A stretch of 64,000 bases of DNA from Eubacteriales bacterium (GCA_045127215.1 JBGVPV010000074.1:16302-80301), one strand, 5' to 3'. Positions 39,215 to 49,103 are shown, numbered from the stretch's first letter. Program-made: numbers and translations. Notes: generated from the letters alone by a model not told the origin.

Positions 39215-40435
39215 TTATTTCTTTGCCATCAGCTTCTCAACCGCCGCAATTCTCTCGGCAAGCGGAGGGTGACTGTATTCAAGAACTACGTTGATTCGTG
39301 AGGGCGCAAGATGCGCGAAATTATCACGCGCCAGCTTTTTAAACGCCGTAACGGTTGCGTCGCCGTATCCCTCGATAACCGCCTGAGCATCAGCTCTGTA
39401 CTCTGCCTTACGGCTGCGCGCATTCATAACGAGTGCGGTAAGCGGCTGAATAACTCCAAGCAAAATTCCCGTAAGAACGTAGGTAAAGCCAAAGTTAAGG
39501 CTATCAAAGCCAAAAGAAGTATAAAACTCGGGAACGGATGCGGCAAAATACACCGCAACTGCCATAAGAAGCATGTTCCCAATATTAAGTATCTGTCCCT
39601 TAAGAACGTCCTTATTGAGTCCGTGACCCATCTCGTGCGCGAAAATAGCGCAGATCTCCTCGGTAGTCATAGCATTAAGAAGATTATCGTAAAGCACGAT
39701 CGTCTTCATTTTACCAAATCCCGTAAAATACGCGTTGAGCTTAGTGGTACGGCGAGAAGCGTCCATCACCTCTATCGCTTTTACCTTATAGCCATGCTTT
39801 TCGAGAAGCGCGAGCAGCTTATCCTTAAGCTCACCGTCCTCAAGAGGAGTAAACTTATTGCCGATTCGGCTGAATATGGGATAGAGGAAGGACATAACCA
39901 TGGTAAACGCGAAAACAACCGCCGCAAATACAAGTATCATCCACGCGCCAAGCGCTCCGTACACGCCGTAAATAAGGCAAGCAAGACCAAAGGAAAGTCC
40001 GAAATTCAGAATAAGATCTCTGATACAATCGGTAATAAAGGTCTTTATAGTCGTCTTATTAAAGCCGTACTTCTGCTCGATAACCATATTCATTATGTAG
40101 CTTCTCACAACACCAGTCACGAAGTTAACGGCGGTAACGAGCAGGATGATCGCAAAAAGCTGTGTTATGGGATGCTCACCAAAGAGCGATGCGAACGCGG
40201 AGTACGCATTCGTTGCCAGAAGCGCGACCTCGATCACGCAGGAAATAATAGAGGTAAGTATCGCAAGACGCGACTGCTCTGCGCTGTATTTCTTCCACTT
40301 AACGTAAGTCTCAGCGTCATATACGTCCGCCATATTCTCGGGCGTAGGGTTATTTGCCGAGCGGTATCTGATAACGTTTAGCACGAGATCATAGATACCC
40401 GTAAGAACTGCCAATGCAATAAAAATCAGTTTCAT
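39215..40435 (-). CDS. M48 family (Ste24/HtpX-like) integral-membrane zinc metalloprotease
   Basis: HEMGH zinc motif, a downstream E..H region and multiple TM helices. Confidence 0.85.
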   Translation of the reverse strand: MKLIFIALAVLTGIYDLVLNVIRYRSANNPTPENMADVYDAETYVKWKKYSAEQSRLAILTSIISCVIEVALLATNAYSAFASLFGEHPITQLFAIILLVTAVNFVTGVVRSYIMNMVIEQKYGFNKTTIKTFITDCIRDLILNFGLSFGLACLIYGVYGALGAWMILVFAAVVFAFTMVMSFLYPIFSRIGNKFTPLEDGELKDKLLALLEKHGYKVKAIEVMDASRRTTKLNAYFTGFGKMKTIVLYDNLLNAMTTEEICAIFAHEMGHGLNKDVLKGQILNIGNMLLMAVAVYFAASVPEFYTSFGFDSLNFGFTYVLTGILLGVIQPLTALVMNARSRKAEYRADAQAVIEGYGDATVTAFKKLARDNFAHLAPSRINVVLEYSHPPLAERIAAVEKLMAKK

Positions 40436-40450
40436 AACAATCTCCTATAT

Positions 40451-41626
40451 TCAATCTTCTTTAGCGTATTTCCAATACATTTCTCGGGTGTCATAGGTGG
40501 ATGTAGAGGTTTTCACGGTGGACTGATCCTTGTTTATCCTTCCGACCTGCACACAAACGTACCGTCTGCCAGTTATATCGTCCACGCCTGCCGTCACGAA
40601 ACAGCTCGTGGGGATATCCTCGTATCCCGTCTTGCCTCCAACTATCATTATGTCAGAGCCTTTTCCTGCGTAATGCGGTGCGGTATTTGCGTACTTGTGC
40701 TTCTCAAGTCGGCTGGTATACCAATCGCACCACATTCCCATCTGAGTGCTCTCGGTCTGCCCCTCTTGATATATATCAACGAAATACTGAGTATTTCTGC
40801 CAAGCACTGCAGTCGCGGCAGGATTATTCATTGCCGCCGCCATAATGGCCGCCATCTCTCGACAGGTGGTATAGTGATCGACGTTATAAAGTCCTGTGCA
40901 GTTGGTAAAATGAGTTGACGTAAGTCCGAGTGCCGCCGCTTTGGCGTTCATAAGCTCAACAAACTGAGCCTCGCCACCCGCTACGTAATCGGCAATAAGC
41001 CAGCACGCAAATGTATCCGACTGATAAATTATCAGATGCAAAACGTCCTCAACGGTAACGGTATATCCCGCCTTCCACTCAAACGCAACAGAGCCGCCCT
41101 TATTACCGGGCTCCTTATACTTATTTATCATCGCCTCGGTAACCGTAAGCCTTGCGTTTGCGTCCTTGGCATTCTCACACGCCACGAGAAGCGTCATAAC
41201 CTTGGTCATAGATGCGGGGTAGACTCTCTCGTCTGCACTTTTTCCCGCAACCACAATGCCATCGGTGATATCGGTGAGGACTATCGCGGCGGAATCTATA
41301 TCCTTATCCGCGCTTACGTCAAGTGTTTTATCAGCGGCCTCTGCAAGGTACGTACCCTCTGCCGTAACACTCGGCAGCATTATTTCAGTCTTAAGTCCGG
41401 GCTTTGAAAGCGAGGAAGCCGGCTGCTTGTTAGGTCTGCTTCCGCCACTGCCTCCACCTGTGTGAACGGTATAATCGTCGGCGTCCTCAATAGCGTTTAC
41501 TATCATACACGTTGTCATTACTGCAAGAGAGACCAAAAACGCGCAAAACGTAACTATCAAAGCTATTGCGATATTCTTATTTATATGTATTTGCTGTTCT
41601 TTGCGATTATTTTTATTCATAACCAA
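40451..41626 (-). CDS. D-alanyl-D-alanine carboxypeptidase (serine-type, S11 family)
   Basis: N-terminal TM anchor. SxxK as ASMTKVMT and KTG as GGKTGYE. Confidence 0.8.
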   Translation of the reverse strand: MVMNKNNRKEQQIHINKNIAIALIVTFCAFLVSLAVMTTCMIVNAIEDADDYTVHTGGGSGGSRPNKQPASSLSKPGLKTEIMLPSVTAEGTYLAEAADKTLDVSADKDIDSAAIVLTDITDGIVVAGKSADERVYPASMTKVMTLLVACENAKDANARLTVTEAMINKYKEPGNKGGSVAFEWKAGYTVTVEDVLHLIIYQSDTFACWLIADYVAGGEAQFVELMNAKAAALGLTSTHFTNCTGLYNVDHYTTCREMAAIMAAAMNNPAATAVLGRNTQYFVDIYQEGQTESTQMGMWCDWYTSRLEKHKYANTAPHYAGKGSDIMIVGGKTGYEDIPTSCFVTAGVDDITGRRYVCVQVGRINKDQSTVKTSTSTYDTREMYWKYAKED

Positions 41627-41651
41627 ACGTCCTTTGAATTGATACTATCTT

Positions 41652-41680
41652 ATTTTACCATATTCGCAAGCTATTTTCAA
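41652..41680 (-). promoter_or_regulatory. Sigma-A type promoter of the carboxypeptidase-M48 genes
   Basis: Minus strand: TTGAAA, 17 nt, TAAAAT with TGg. Confidence 0.45.
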
Positions 41681-41689
41681 TAGTAAGCC

Positions 41690-41745
41690 CCGAAAAAATA
41701 AAAACGGCAGAAGAAAAATTTTTCTTCTGCCGTTTCTTTATTTAT
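41690..41745 (-). terminator. Rho-independent terminator downstream of rny
   Basis: ACGGCAGAAGAAAAA-tt-TTTCTTCTGCCGT with A and T runs on both sides. Confidence 0.8.
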
Positions 41746-41828
41746 CTGATGCGCTTTCGCGACTTATATACCAATGGGGTTCTATGTTAAATTTATAAAA
41801 ATCCTTTTGGAAACAGATAAAATTGCGA

Positions 41829-43373
41829 TTACTTAGCGTAATCAATAGCGCGGCTCTCTCTGATAACGTTGATCTTGATCTGTCCGGGATACTTAACGTC
41901 CTCCTGGATCTTCGCCGCCATATCGCGAGCGATAATCTTCATGCCGTCATCATTGATCTCCTCGGGCTTGACCATAACTCTGATCTCTCTACCCGCCTGT
42001 ACCGCATAAGCCTTGTCAACACCGGAGAAGCTCTTTGCGATCTCCTCGATCTTTTCAAGTCTCTTGATGTAGTTCTCAAGATCCTCACGACGTGCGCCGG
42101 GACGAGCCGCGGATATCGCGTCTGCCGCCTGAACGATAACTGCCGTGATGGTCTGAGGTTCAACGTCGCCGTGATGCGCTTCAATTGCGTGAATAATATC
42201 ACGACCCTCTTTGTACTTCTTTACGAGATTTACGCCAAGCTCAACGTGAGAGCCTTCCATCTCGTGTGTCTGCGCCTTACCAATATCGTGGAGAAGTCCC
42301 GCGCGCTTTGCAACTACGCTGTCAACTCCAAGCTCGTCGGCTATCATACCGGCGATAAGCGCTACTTCTATTGAATGCTTGAGTACATTCTGACCATAGC
42401 TGGTTCTGTACTTAAGTCTGCCAAGCATTCTGATAAGCTCAGGATTGATTCCGTGGATACCCACGTCAAAGGTTGCCCTCTCTCCTGCCTGCTTGATTCC
42501 CGCCTCGACCTCGCGAGCGGATTTTTCAACGGTTTCTTCAATTCTGGAAGGATGTATTCTTCCGTCGGAAATAAGCTTTTCAAGCGTGAGTTTTGCAGTT
42601 TCTCTGCGAACGGGATCAAAGCTTGAAAGCGTGATCGCCTCGGGAGTATCGTCAATGATAAGCTCAACACCCGTAAGCTTTTCAAGCATCTGAATATTTC
42701 TTCCCTCACGTCCGATAATTCTTCCCTTCATATCCTCGTTGGGAAGCGAAACAACGGAAACCGTGGTCTCTGCCACGTGGTCTGCCGCACATCTCTGTAT
42801 CGCGAGTGAAATAATATTCTTTGCCTTTTGATCAGCCTCTTCCTTGAACTGAACCTCAAGCTCAGTCATCTTCTGAGCGAGCTCGTGCTTGGTTGCAGAT
42901 TCAACTCTTTCGAAAATTTCCTGCTTAGCTTCCTCGGTGGAAATTCCGGAAATTCTTTCGAGTATCTGCATCTCGCTCTCACGGAGCTGATTGATCTGCT
43001 CACCAAGAGCCTCGTTCTCCTTGATCTTTCTGTCAAGCTGTTCGTTCTTACGCTCAAGCGAGTCAGCTTTTTTGTCAAGGTTTTCTTCCTTCTGCGCCAT
43101 TCTGCGTTCCATTCTGGAAAGGTCAGCTCTGCGCTCCTTAAGCTCCTTTTCAGCCTCGTTTCTCTGTCTGAGGATATCCTCTTTTGCAGAGATAAGGGCT
43201 TCCTTCTTCAGTGTTTCAGCCTGCTTCTTGCCTTCTTCACGAACTCTCTTTGCTTCTTCTTCAGCCGAGCCTATTTCCGCCTCAGCCTTCTTTTTTCTTG
43301 TGTTGTAACCCACAAAATAAAAAGCAATTGCAGCAACGACGAAGCCGATAACACCGCCAATTACGTAATCCAT
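41829..43373 (-). CDS. rny: Ribonuclease Y
   Basis: N-terminal TM helix, coiled coil, KH domain ([11 protein letters not shown]) and HD domain (LLHDIGK). ATG 43373 lies 6 nt after GGAGG. Confidence 0.96.
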   Translation of the reverse strand: MDYVIGGVIGFVVAAIAFYFVGYNTRKKKAEAEIGSAEEEAKRVREEGKKQAETLKKEALISAKEDILRQRNEAEKELKERRADLSRMERRMAQKEENLDKKADSLERKNEQLDRKIKENEALGEQINQLRESEMQILERISGISTEEAKQEIFERVESATKHELAQKMTELEVQFKEEADQKAKNIISLAIQRCAADHVAETTVSVVSLPNEDMKGRIIGREGRNIQMLEKLTGVELIIDDTPEAITLSSFDPVRRETAKLTLEKLISDGRIHPSRIEETVEKSAREVEAGIKQAGERATFDVGIHGINPELIRMLGRLKYRTSYGQNVLKHSIEVALIAGMIADELGVDSVVAKRAGLLHDIGKAQTHEMEGSHVELGVNLVKKYKEGRDIIHAIEAHHGDVEPQTITAVIVQAADAISAARPGARREDLENYIKRLEKIEEIAKSFSGVDKAYAVQAGREIRVMVKPEEINDDGMKIIARDMAAKIQEDVKYPGQIKINVIRESRAIDYAK

Positions 43374-43583
43374 AAAGCACCTCCTTGTCTTTTCGTTTTC
43401 AATATTACATATTTCATCACATAATACTTTTAACAAATCGCAAGTCGAGCTTTTTTACCTGCATTAAATATTAAAATTTCAATTATCGATTAAAACAAAA
43501 CAGAATATCTTAACAATCTTAACACGGGCAACAAGCCCAGACAAACGATATGCCATCATACTATAATTATGACATATACATAT

Positions 43584-43612
43584 ATTTTACACGATTTTCA
43601 ACAATTTGTCAA
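43584..43612 (-). promoter_or_regulatory. Sigma-A type promoter of rny (long leader)
   Basis: Minus strand: TTGACA, 17 nt, TAAAAT with TGt. Confidence 0.5.
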
Positions 43613-43632
43613 GTGTTTTTGTCCATTCAGCG

Positions 43633-44109
43633 TTATTTATTTGCGTTTTCTGCCGCAAATTCTCTGTGTTTTAATCTGTTTTTGGAAAATAACATGGGAA
43701 TTATGGAAACGCAGATCATTCCCGCGGCAATTCCAAAGCCGATAATAAGCGTCTTTACCATATTGTCAAACGCGGCAGGATAATCGTTGTTGATAAAGCT
43801 TGAGATCGCGTAATACAAAAAGCTTCCGGGGGCGAGTGATATTACGCTTGAAAGCGAAAATTCTATCGTAGGCGTTTTAAAAATACGCGCAAGTATCTCT
43901 GAATACGCCGCACCCGCTATCGCACCGACAAAGTTGGATATAAATACGCCCTGTCCGTAAAAATCACAGAAAAACCACGCGGCATACGCCAAAAAACCGC
44001 CAAAAGCCGCGAAGAAAAGATATTTGGGACGTATTTTTACGATAAGCGAAAAGCCAAGAGTTCCGACAAATGAGGTGATAGATCCTATCAAAAAAGCCAT
44101 CCAGTTCAT
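43633..44109 (-). CDS. Threonine/serine exporter family protein, small subunit (DUF3815-like)
   Basis: 158 aa with about 5 TM helices. The start codon overlaps the upstream partner's stop. Confidence 0.7.
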   Translation of the reverse strand: MNWMAFLIGSITSFVGTLGFSLIVKIRPKYLFFAAFGGFLAYAAWFFCDFYGQGVFISNFVGAIAGAAYSEILARIFKTPTIEFSLSSVISLAPGSFLYYAISSFINNDYPAAFDNMVKTLIIGFGIAAGMICVSIIPMLFSKNRLKHREFAAENANK

Positions 44110-44948
44110 TATAACAGACCTCCAAGCAAAAGCATTGCGGCAAGATAGCCGATCGCGATAATTACCGCCGTCATCACAGCCTGTATCATACGCAGAGCGC
44201 CCGACAAAAGATTGCCGTACATAAGGTCACGCAACGAGTTACCGAAATCAAGTCCCGGGATAACCAGCATTATCGCGCCAATGGTGATGTACTGTATATT
44301 CTCACCTATCCCGAGAGCCACGGAAAGTATGGACAGCACCGCAAGACAGAAGGATTCCACCACGGTCCTCGCAATAACGTTCAGGTTTTTCTTACCCGCA
44401 AAATATCCGATAATTCCAAGAAGCATTCCAACCAAAGCCGCGGCTATGCCGTCACGCACGGTTCCGCCGAAAAACAGGGCAAATCCGCCTGACATAAGAG
44501 CGTTACCCGCAACTACGAAAAACGAAGAGTACGGCTTTGATTTCTTTGCTGTATATATCCACTGCTCCACCTCGTCAAGCGAGGGCTTTTCACTGCATAT
44601 ACGGCGTGATATGCCGTTAAATTCCTCAAATTTGCTCAGATCCTTGGATACGCCGTAAACTCGTCGCATCTGCGAGGAATAACTACCGTCGGGCATTCTT
44701 ATAGCTGCGATCAGCAGCGAGGTGATAACGAACACCTCAACGTGAGCCACGCCGTAAGCATGGCAAATACGCTCCATAGAATCCTCAACTCTATGTACCT
44801 CTCCCCCACTTCTGAGCATATGCTCACCTATATCAAGTACTACGCACAGCAGTCTGTCCGTGTCGTTCTCGTGAGGTGAAGGAACGATACTCGCCGTCGC
44901 TTCCCCCGAGGGAGCCGCCACAGTCTGCCACGGAATTTTTTTGATCAT
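44109..44948 (-). CDS. Threonine/serine exporter family protein, large subunit (ThrE/DUF1212-like)
   Basis: SGGEVHRVEDSMERI motif and TM helices. ATG 44948 follows AGAGG. The track start at 45014 falls on the -35 box. Confidence 0.7.
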   Translation of the reverse strand: MIKKIPWQTVAAPSGEATASIVPSPHENDTDRLLCVVLDIGEHMLRSGGEVHRVEDSMERICHAYGVAHVEVFVITSLLIAAIRMPDGSYSSQMRRVYGVSKDLSKFEEFNGISRRICSEKPSLDEVEQWIYTAKKSKPYSSFFVVAGNALMSGGFALFFGGTVRDGIAAALVGMLLGIIGYFAGKKNLNVIARTVVESFCLAVLSILSVALGIGENIQYITIGAIMLVIPGLDFGNSLRDLMYGNLLSGALRMIQAVMTAVIIAIGYLAAMLLLGGLL

Positions 44949-44985
44949 ATAAACCTCTGAATGAGTAAAATTAAAATCATAGCAA

Positions 44986-45014
44986 ATTATATCACAATCC
45001 CGTCCGATTTGCAA
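44986..45014 (-). promoter_or_regulatory. Sigma-A type promoter of the thrE-like pair
   Basis: Minus strand: TTGCAA, 17 nt, TATAAT. Confidence 0.5.
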
Positions 45015-45078
45015 TAGAGTTGTAAAATAAATATGGTGGAAAATTTTTAATAATGAGATAATTCACTTAGAGTAGAAA

Positions 45079-45518
45079 CGGGAGGAGCAAGCCCCTCCCC
45101 TACGGCGTGATAACATAATGCGTTGTAGGGACAGGCGTCCCCGACTGTCCGTTCGGGCGTAAATGTTACTTTATGACCGTAAGGGGCGTCGAGGACGTCG
45201 CCCCCTACAACGTATAACATTATTTATCCGTAGTGGCGGATTCTATATCCGCCAATTTTAATATAAATGTTACTTTAAACCCATGCGGGAGGCGAAACGC
45301 CTCCCCTACAATGTGCAACATTATTTATCCGTAGGGGTTAGCGCCTACGACAACCCGAATTGTAGGGGGCGACGTCCTCGACGCCCCATTACGATATAAA
45401 TGTTACTTTTTGCCCACTCGGGAGCATATTGAATGCTCCCCTACGAAGAATAATGTTATCTATCCGTAGGGACAGGCGTCCCCGACTGTCCGTTCGGGCG
45501 TAAATGTTACTTTATGAC
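45079..45518. repeat. Array of nine REP-like GTAGGG-hairpins in alternating orientation with conserved spacers
   Basis: Hairpins at 45079-103(-), 45125-150(+), 45183-208(-), 45230-253(+), 45285-309(-), 45331-356(+), 45362-387(+), 45420-444(-), 45466-491(+). Spacers carry TAACATTATTTATCC or TAAATGTTACTTT. 45125-45177 is identical to 45466-45518. Confidence 0.9.
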
Positions 45519-45552
45519 AAAGGACTATCCATCGCAACATATAACACCACAC

Positions 45553-45590
45553 AAAAAAATATCCACGCGATCATACGATCACGTGGATAT
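45553..45590 (-). terminator. Rho-independent terminator after rplA
   Basis: Minus strand: ATATCCACG..CGTGGATAT stem followed by TTTTTTTG. Confidence 0.75.
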
Positions 45591-45617
45591 TTAAATACTT
45601 TATTCAGCCCAAAAGAA

Positions 45618-46304
45618 TTAGCCGAGCTTAGACTGGTTGATCTTAATGCCGGGGCCCATTGTGCTTGCGATAACGCAGCTCTTAATGTACTGACCCTTTG
45701 CAGCAGCAGGCTTTGCCTTGATAACTGCGCCTACGAGTGTGTTGAAGTTCTCAGCGAGCTTCTCTGCACCGAAGGATGCCTTACCGATAGGACAGTGAAT
45801 GATGTTGGTCTTGTCAAGACGGTACTCGATCTTACCTGCCTTAGCCTCAGTTACAGCACGTGCAACGTCGGGAGTAACGGTTCCTGCCTTAGGAGAAGGC
45901 ATAAGTCCCTTAGGACCGAGAACCTTACCGAGCTTACCGATAACGCCCATCATGTCGGGGCTTGCAACTACAACGTCAAAGTCGAACCAGTTTTCCTGCT
46001 GGATCTTATCTGCGTACTCAACGCCACCTGCGTAATCTGCGCCTGCGTCAAGTGCCTTCTGTACGTTGTCACCCTTTGCGAATACAAGTACCTTTACAGA
46101 CTTACCTGTACCGTTGGGGAGTACTACCGCACCTCTAACCTGCTGGTCAGCGTGACGGGAGTCAACGCCGAGGCGGATGTGGATCTCGATAGTTTCATCA
46201 AACTTTGCCTTAGAAGTCTGGCAAACGAGTGCCAGTGCCTCAGAGGGATCGTATGCTTTGCTCTTATCTACGAGCTTTGCGCTGTCAATATATTTCTTTC
46301 CCAT
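45618..46304 (-). CDS. rplA: 50S ribosomal protein L1
   Basis: [18 protein letters not shown]..; ATG 46304 lies 9 nt after AAGGAGG. Confidence 0.97.
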   Translation of the reverse strand: MGKKYIDSAKLVDKSKAYDPSEALALVCQTSKAKFDETIEIHIRLGVDSRHADQQVRGAVVLPNGTGKSVKVLVFAKGDNVQKALDAGADYAGGVEYADKIQQENWFDFDVVVASPDMMGVIGKLGKVLGPKGLMPSPKAGTVTPDVARAVTEAKAGKIEYRLDKTNIIHCPIGKASFGAEKLAENFNTLVGAVIKAKPAAAKGQYIKSCVIASTMGPGIKINQSKLG

Positions 46305-46318
46305 TTTCAATACCCTCC

Positions 46319-46744
46319 TTAGTCCTCAACTACAACGCCCATGGAGCGAGCTGTACCAGCTACCATGCTCATAGCTGTCTCAACGCAAGATGCGTTAAGG
46401 TCGGGCATCTTGAGCTCAGCGATCTTTCTAACCTGCTCTGTGGTGATCTTTGCAACCTTAGTCTTGTTAGGCTTTGCAGAGCCGGACTCGATCTTAGCTT
46501 CCTTCTTGATAAGAACAGCTGCGGGAGGAGTCTTTGTGATAAATGTGAAGGAACGGTCTGCATATACTGTAATAACTACAGGAATGATAAGACCGATGTC
46601 ATTCTTTGTTCTTTCGTTGAATTCCTTTGTAAATACGGGAATTGCAACACCATACTGACCGAGAGCCGGTCCTACGGGAGGCTGCGGAGTTGCCTTACCA
46701 GCGGGCAGCTGCAGCTTGATGTAACCCATAACTTTCTTTGCCAT
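46319..46744 (-). CDS. rplK: 50S ribosomal protein L11
   Basis: [30 protein letters not shown] is the canonical L11 N-terminus. Confidence 0.97.
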   Translation of the reverse strand: MAKKVMGYIKLQLPAGKATPQPPVGPALGQYGVAIPVFTKEFNERTKNDIGLIIPVVITVYADRSFTFITKTPPAAVLIKKEAKIESGSAKPNKTKVAKITTEQVRKIAELKMPDLNASCVETAMSMVAGTARSMGVVVED

Positions 46745-46827
46745 AATTAAAATACCTCCAAACGTGGTGATTTACGGGAGAATTCCAAAAATTTTTCTCC
46801 CTCCCACTTTTTAAAAAGCCTTTCGGC
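46745..46827 (-). promoter_or_regulatory. Candidate L1-binding autoregulatory leader upstream of rplK
   Basis: 83-nt untranslated gap. The minus strand contains GGGAGA-aaaatttttggaat-TCTCCC followed by GTAAA. Not verified with a covariance model. Confidence 0.3.
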
Positions 46828-47364
46828 TCACGCAAGCTTTACGCTCGTTGCGTCAAGCTCAACAGGCATGTCACGGCTTCCACGCTTAACGAGAACCGTA
46901 ACTTTCTTAAGATCGTCGGAAATGACCTGAATAACTCCCTTATAGCCTTCGAACAGACCATCGGTAACAGTTACCGTGTCGCCTACCTTAACGGCAAGCT
47001 CAACTCTGCTGCTCTCAATGTTAAGCTGCTCTACCTCAGCATCCGTAAGCGGAGTGGGGCGTGATCCGGGGCCTACGAATCCCGTAAATCCCGTAATAGA
47101 CTTAACTGCGTGCCAGCTCTCGTCTGTCATAACCATTTTTATGAAGACGTAGCTCGGGAAAATCTTAAGTACGACTTCCTTTTCCTTGTCGCCGTTCTTT
47201 TCTATAACGGTCTCAACGGGAACGCGGATGTCAAAAATAAGATCTTCAAGTCCTCTGTTTTCAACGATTTTTTCAAGGCTTGCCTTTACCTTGTTTTCAT
47301 AACCCGAGTAAGTGTGCGCCACGTACCATCTTGGGCCAACGTTCATTTCATTGATATCGCTCAT
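46828..47364 (-). CDS. nusG: Transcription termination/antitermination factor NusG
   Basis: NGN domain (WYVAHTYSGYENKV) plus a C-terminal KOW domain (GDTVTVTDGLFEGYKGVI). Confidence 0.96.
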   Translation of the reverse strand: MSDINEMNVGPRWYVAHTYSGYENKVKASLEKIVENRGLEDLIFDIRVPVETVIEKNGDKEKEVVLKIFPSYVFIKMVMTDESWHAVKSITGFTGFVGPGSRPTPLTDAEVEQLNIESSRVELAVKVGDTVTVTDGLFEGYKGVIQVISDDLKKVTVLVKRGSRDMPVELDATSVKLA

Positions 47365-47376
47365 ATCAATTCCTCA

Positions 47377-47634
47377 TTAGAAGAAACTTGCGAGTGCGCT
47401 GATTCCTTCGGAAAATGCGTAATCAAGCGCACCTATAACTATCGCACAGGCGATAACGATCACCAATACGACGCCGGTATTCTTGAAAACCTGCTTCCAT
47501 GAGGGCCAAACGATCTTCTTGGTTTCGCTCTTGAATCCTCTCCAAGTCTCCTTGAAATTGCCCTTCTTCTTTTCCTTAGCGGGCTTTGCGGACTTTTCAG
47601 AAGCTTCAACGACCTTCTTTTCCTTATCTGCCAT
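47377..47634 (-). CDS. secE: Preprotein translocase subunit SecE
   Basis: Lys-rich N-terminus, then a single TM helix (KIVWPSWKQV..VLVIVIACAIVIGALD). Lies in the rpmG-secE-nusG order. Confidence 0.9.
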   Translation of the reverse strand: MADKEKKVVEASEKSAKPAKEKKKGNFKETWRGFKSETKKIVWPSWKQVFKNTGVVLVIVIACAIVIGALDYAFSEGISALASFF

Positions 47635-47652
47635 TATTTCCTCCTCTCAGAA

Positions 47653-47814
47653 TCACTTGGATTCTTTGTGAAGAGTGTGCTTGCGGCAGAACCTGCAGTA
47701 CTTCTTGAGCTCAAGTCTGTCAGGATCGTTCTTCTTGTTCTTCTTTGTGTCGTAATTTCTCTGCTTGCACTCTGTGCATACGAGAGTAATCTTGACTCTT
47801 GCATCATTAGCCAT
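47653..47814 (-). CDS. rpmG: 50S ribosomal protein L33 (absent from the supplied ORF track)
   Basis: Hand translation of the minus strand gives [53 protein letters not shown] (53 aa) with CxxC..CxxC. GGGAGGTG lies upstream. Confidence 0.93.
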   Translation of the reverse strand: MANDARVKITLVCTECKQRNYDTKKNKKNDPDRLELKKYCRFCRKHTLHKESK

Positions 47815-47953
47815 TTTCGGCACCTCCCATTAAATTTTATTTGACACCTTCGGATGCCCGAAAGCGTCCTGTGTACCTCCCTCACACGAACAGTTTGTCT
47901 GCCTTTGGCGCTTTGTGGCACAACAAAAAAGCCTACTCGCAGAGGTAAGACCT

Positions 47954-47982
47954 ATTATATCACTATTCAAGCACTTTGTCAA
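47954..47982 (-). promoter_or_regulatory. Sigma-A type promoter of rpmG-secE-nusG (leader of about 135 nt)
   Basis: Minus strand: TTGACA, 17 nt, TATAAT, a perfect consensus. Confidence 0.55.
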
Positions 47983-48021
47983 GGTTTTTTTGAAAAAAAG
48001 TGAGTTTTTTACAAATAACGT

Positions 48022-48063
48022 AATGAAACGGTCTGTCAAGCGTTACCGACAGACCGTTTCATT
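48022..48063. terminator. Strong hairpin after the CD-repeat gene
   Basis: AATGAAACGGTCTGTC-10 nt-GACAGACCGTTTCATT, a 16-bp perfect stem. Confidence 0.65.
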
Positions 48064-48079
48064 ATAAATATAACGTATA

Positions 48080-48529
48080 TTATTCGCCGTCAAGCGCCTC
48101 GAGATCCTCTTCGGCGATGATACACTCGAATTTTTCTCCGCAAGCGGGGCAAGCGATCTCCTCGGGATCGATGCTTCCGTCGAAGCAAACGATCTCGCCG
48201 CAAGCAGGACACTCTGCCTCGTAGAAATCATCCTCATCACAATCGCAGCCGCAATCGCAATCACAGTCGCAATCACAGTCGCAGTCGCAATCACACTCGT
48301 CCTCGCAAAGAAGCTCCTCTACCTCGCCGAGATCCTCGTCGATCTCCTCGATGTATTCGCCAAGCTCTGCAACCTCATCGTCAAGATCCTCGATAGCCAC
48401 TGCCATATCGGATACAAGCTCGAGAAGTGCCGCGATAACCTTGCCCTCCTTGGATGCCGTATCAAGCTCCATGCCGTCGCAAAGGCCCTTTATATAAGAC
48501 GCTCTTTCGTTAAGTGTCATCTCACACAT
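48080..48529 (-). CDS. Acidic protein with (Cys-Asp)n repeat and C-terminal double CxxC zinc ribbon (resembles the family I recall being named CD1247 N-terminal domain protein)
   Basis: AGGAGG lies 6 nt upstream of the ATG. Helical acidic N-terminal domain, CEDECDCDCDCDCDCDCDCGCDCDEDD, then CPACGEIVCF..CPACGEKFEC. Confidence 0.75.
   Translation of the reverse strand: MCEMTLNERASYIKGLCDGMELDTASKEGKVIAALLELVSDMAVAIEDLDDEVAELGEYIEEIDEDLGEVEELLCEDECDCDCDCDCDCDCDCGCDCDEDDFYEAECPACGEIVCFDGSIDPEEIACPACGEKFECIIAEEDLEALDGE
48236..48295 (-). repeat. Hexanucleotide microsatellite (GAYTGY)n encoding the Cys-Asp repeat
   Basis: Plus strand reads ATC ACA ATC GCA GCC GCA ATC GCA ATC ACA GTC GCA ATC ACA GTC GCA GTC GCA ATC ACA. 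Confidence 0.9.
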
Positions 48530-48545
48530 ACTGCACCTCCTGGGA

Positions 48546-49103
48546 TTACGCGCGGGAGAGATACTCGCCCGTTCTTGTGTCTATCTTAAGAACCTCGCCC
48601 TCGTTGATAAAGAGCGGAACCTTAATAACCGCACCTGTCTCAAGAGTTGCGGGCTTTAAGGTGTTGGTTGCGGTGTTACCTGCGAAACCGGGGTCAGTCT
48701 GAGTTACTGTAAGCTCAACGAACGTGGGAGGCTCAACGCCGAATACGTTACCCTTGTAGGAAACGATCTTGCAGAGCATCTCTTCCTTAACGAACTTGAA
48801 GCTGTCGGGAAGCTTGTCGCTGTTGAGGGGAAGCATATCAAAGCTTTCCATATCCATGAAGTAATAGAGATCGCCGTCGTTGTAAGAATACTGCATCTCT
48901 CTTCTCTCAATATAAGCGTTTTCGAACTTATCAGTAGGGCTGAAGGTTCTTTCAATAACCGCGCCGGTGATAACGTTCTTGATCTTAGTGCGGACAAAAG
49001 CCGCTCCCTTACCGGGCTTTACGTGCTGAAATTCGATTACCTGATATACGTTGCCGTCCATATCAAAGGTAATACCGTTTTTAAAATCGCCTGCTACTAC
49101 CAT
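48546..49103 (-). CDS. efp: Elongation factor P
   Basis: [46 protein letters not shown] 49103 lies 9 nt after GGAGG (the track start at 49163 is an upstream extension). Confidence 0.96.
   Translation of the reverse strand: MVVAGDFKNGITFDMDGNVYQVIEFQHVKPGKGAAFVRTKIKNVITGAVIERTFSPTDKFENAYIERREMQYSYNDGDLYYFMDMESFDMLPLNSDKLPDSFKFVKEEMLCKIVSYKGNVFGVEPPTFVELTVTQTDPGFAGNTATNTLKPATLETGAVIKVPLFINEGEVLKIDTRTGEYLSRA

Noticed and set aside
45079-45518. Regularly spaced repeat and spacer appearance suggested a CRISPR array.
   Set aside because: The conserved parts are AT-rich spacers of two alternating types, and the variable parts are all GTAGGG-footed palindromic hairpins in alternating orientation. 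There is no constant direct repeat of 24-40 nt, no cas genes and no leader. The pattern fits a REP/BIME-like array.
47634-47921. 95-aa minus-strand ORF from the track, upstream of secE.
   Set aside because: A different frame in the same place encodes a perfect 53-aa ribosomal protein L33 (47653-47814) with its own RBS. The 95-aa ORF has no recognisable features.
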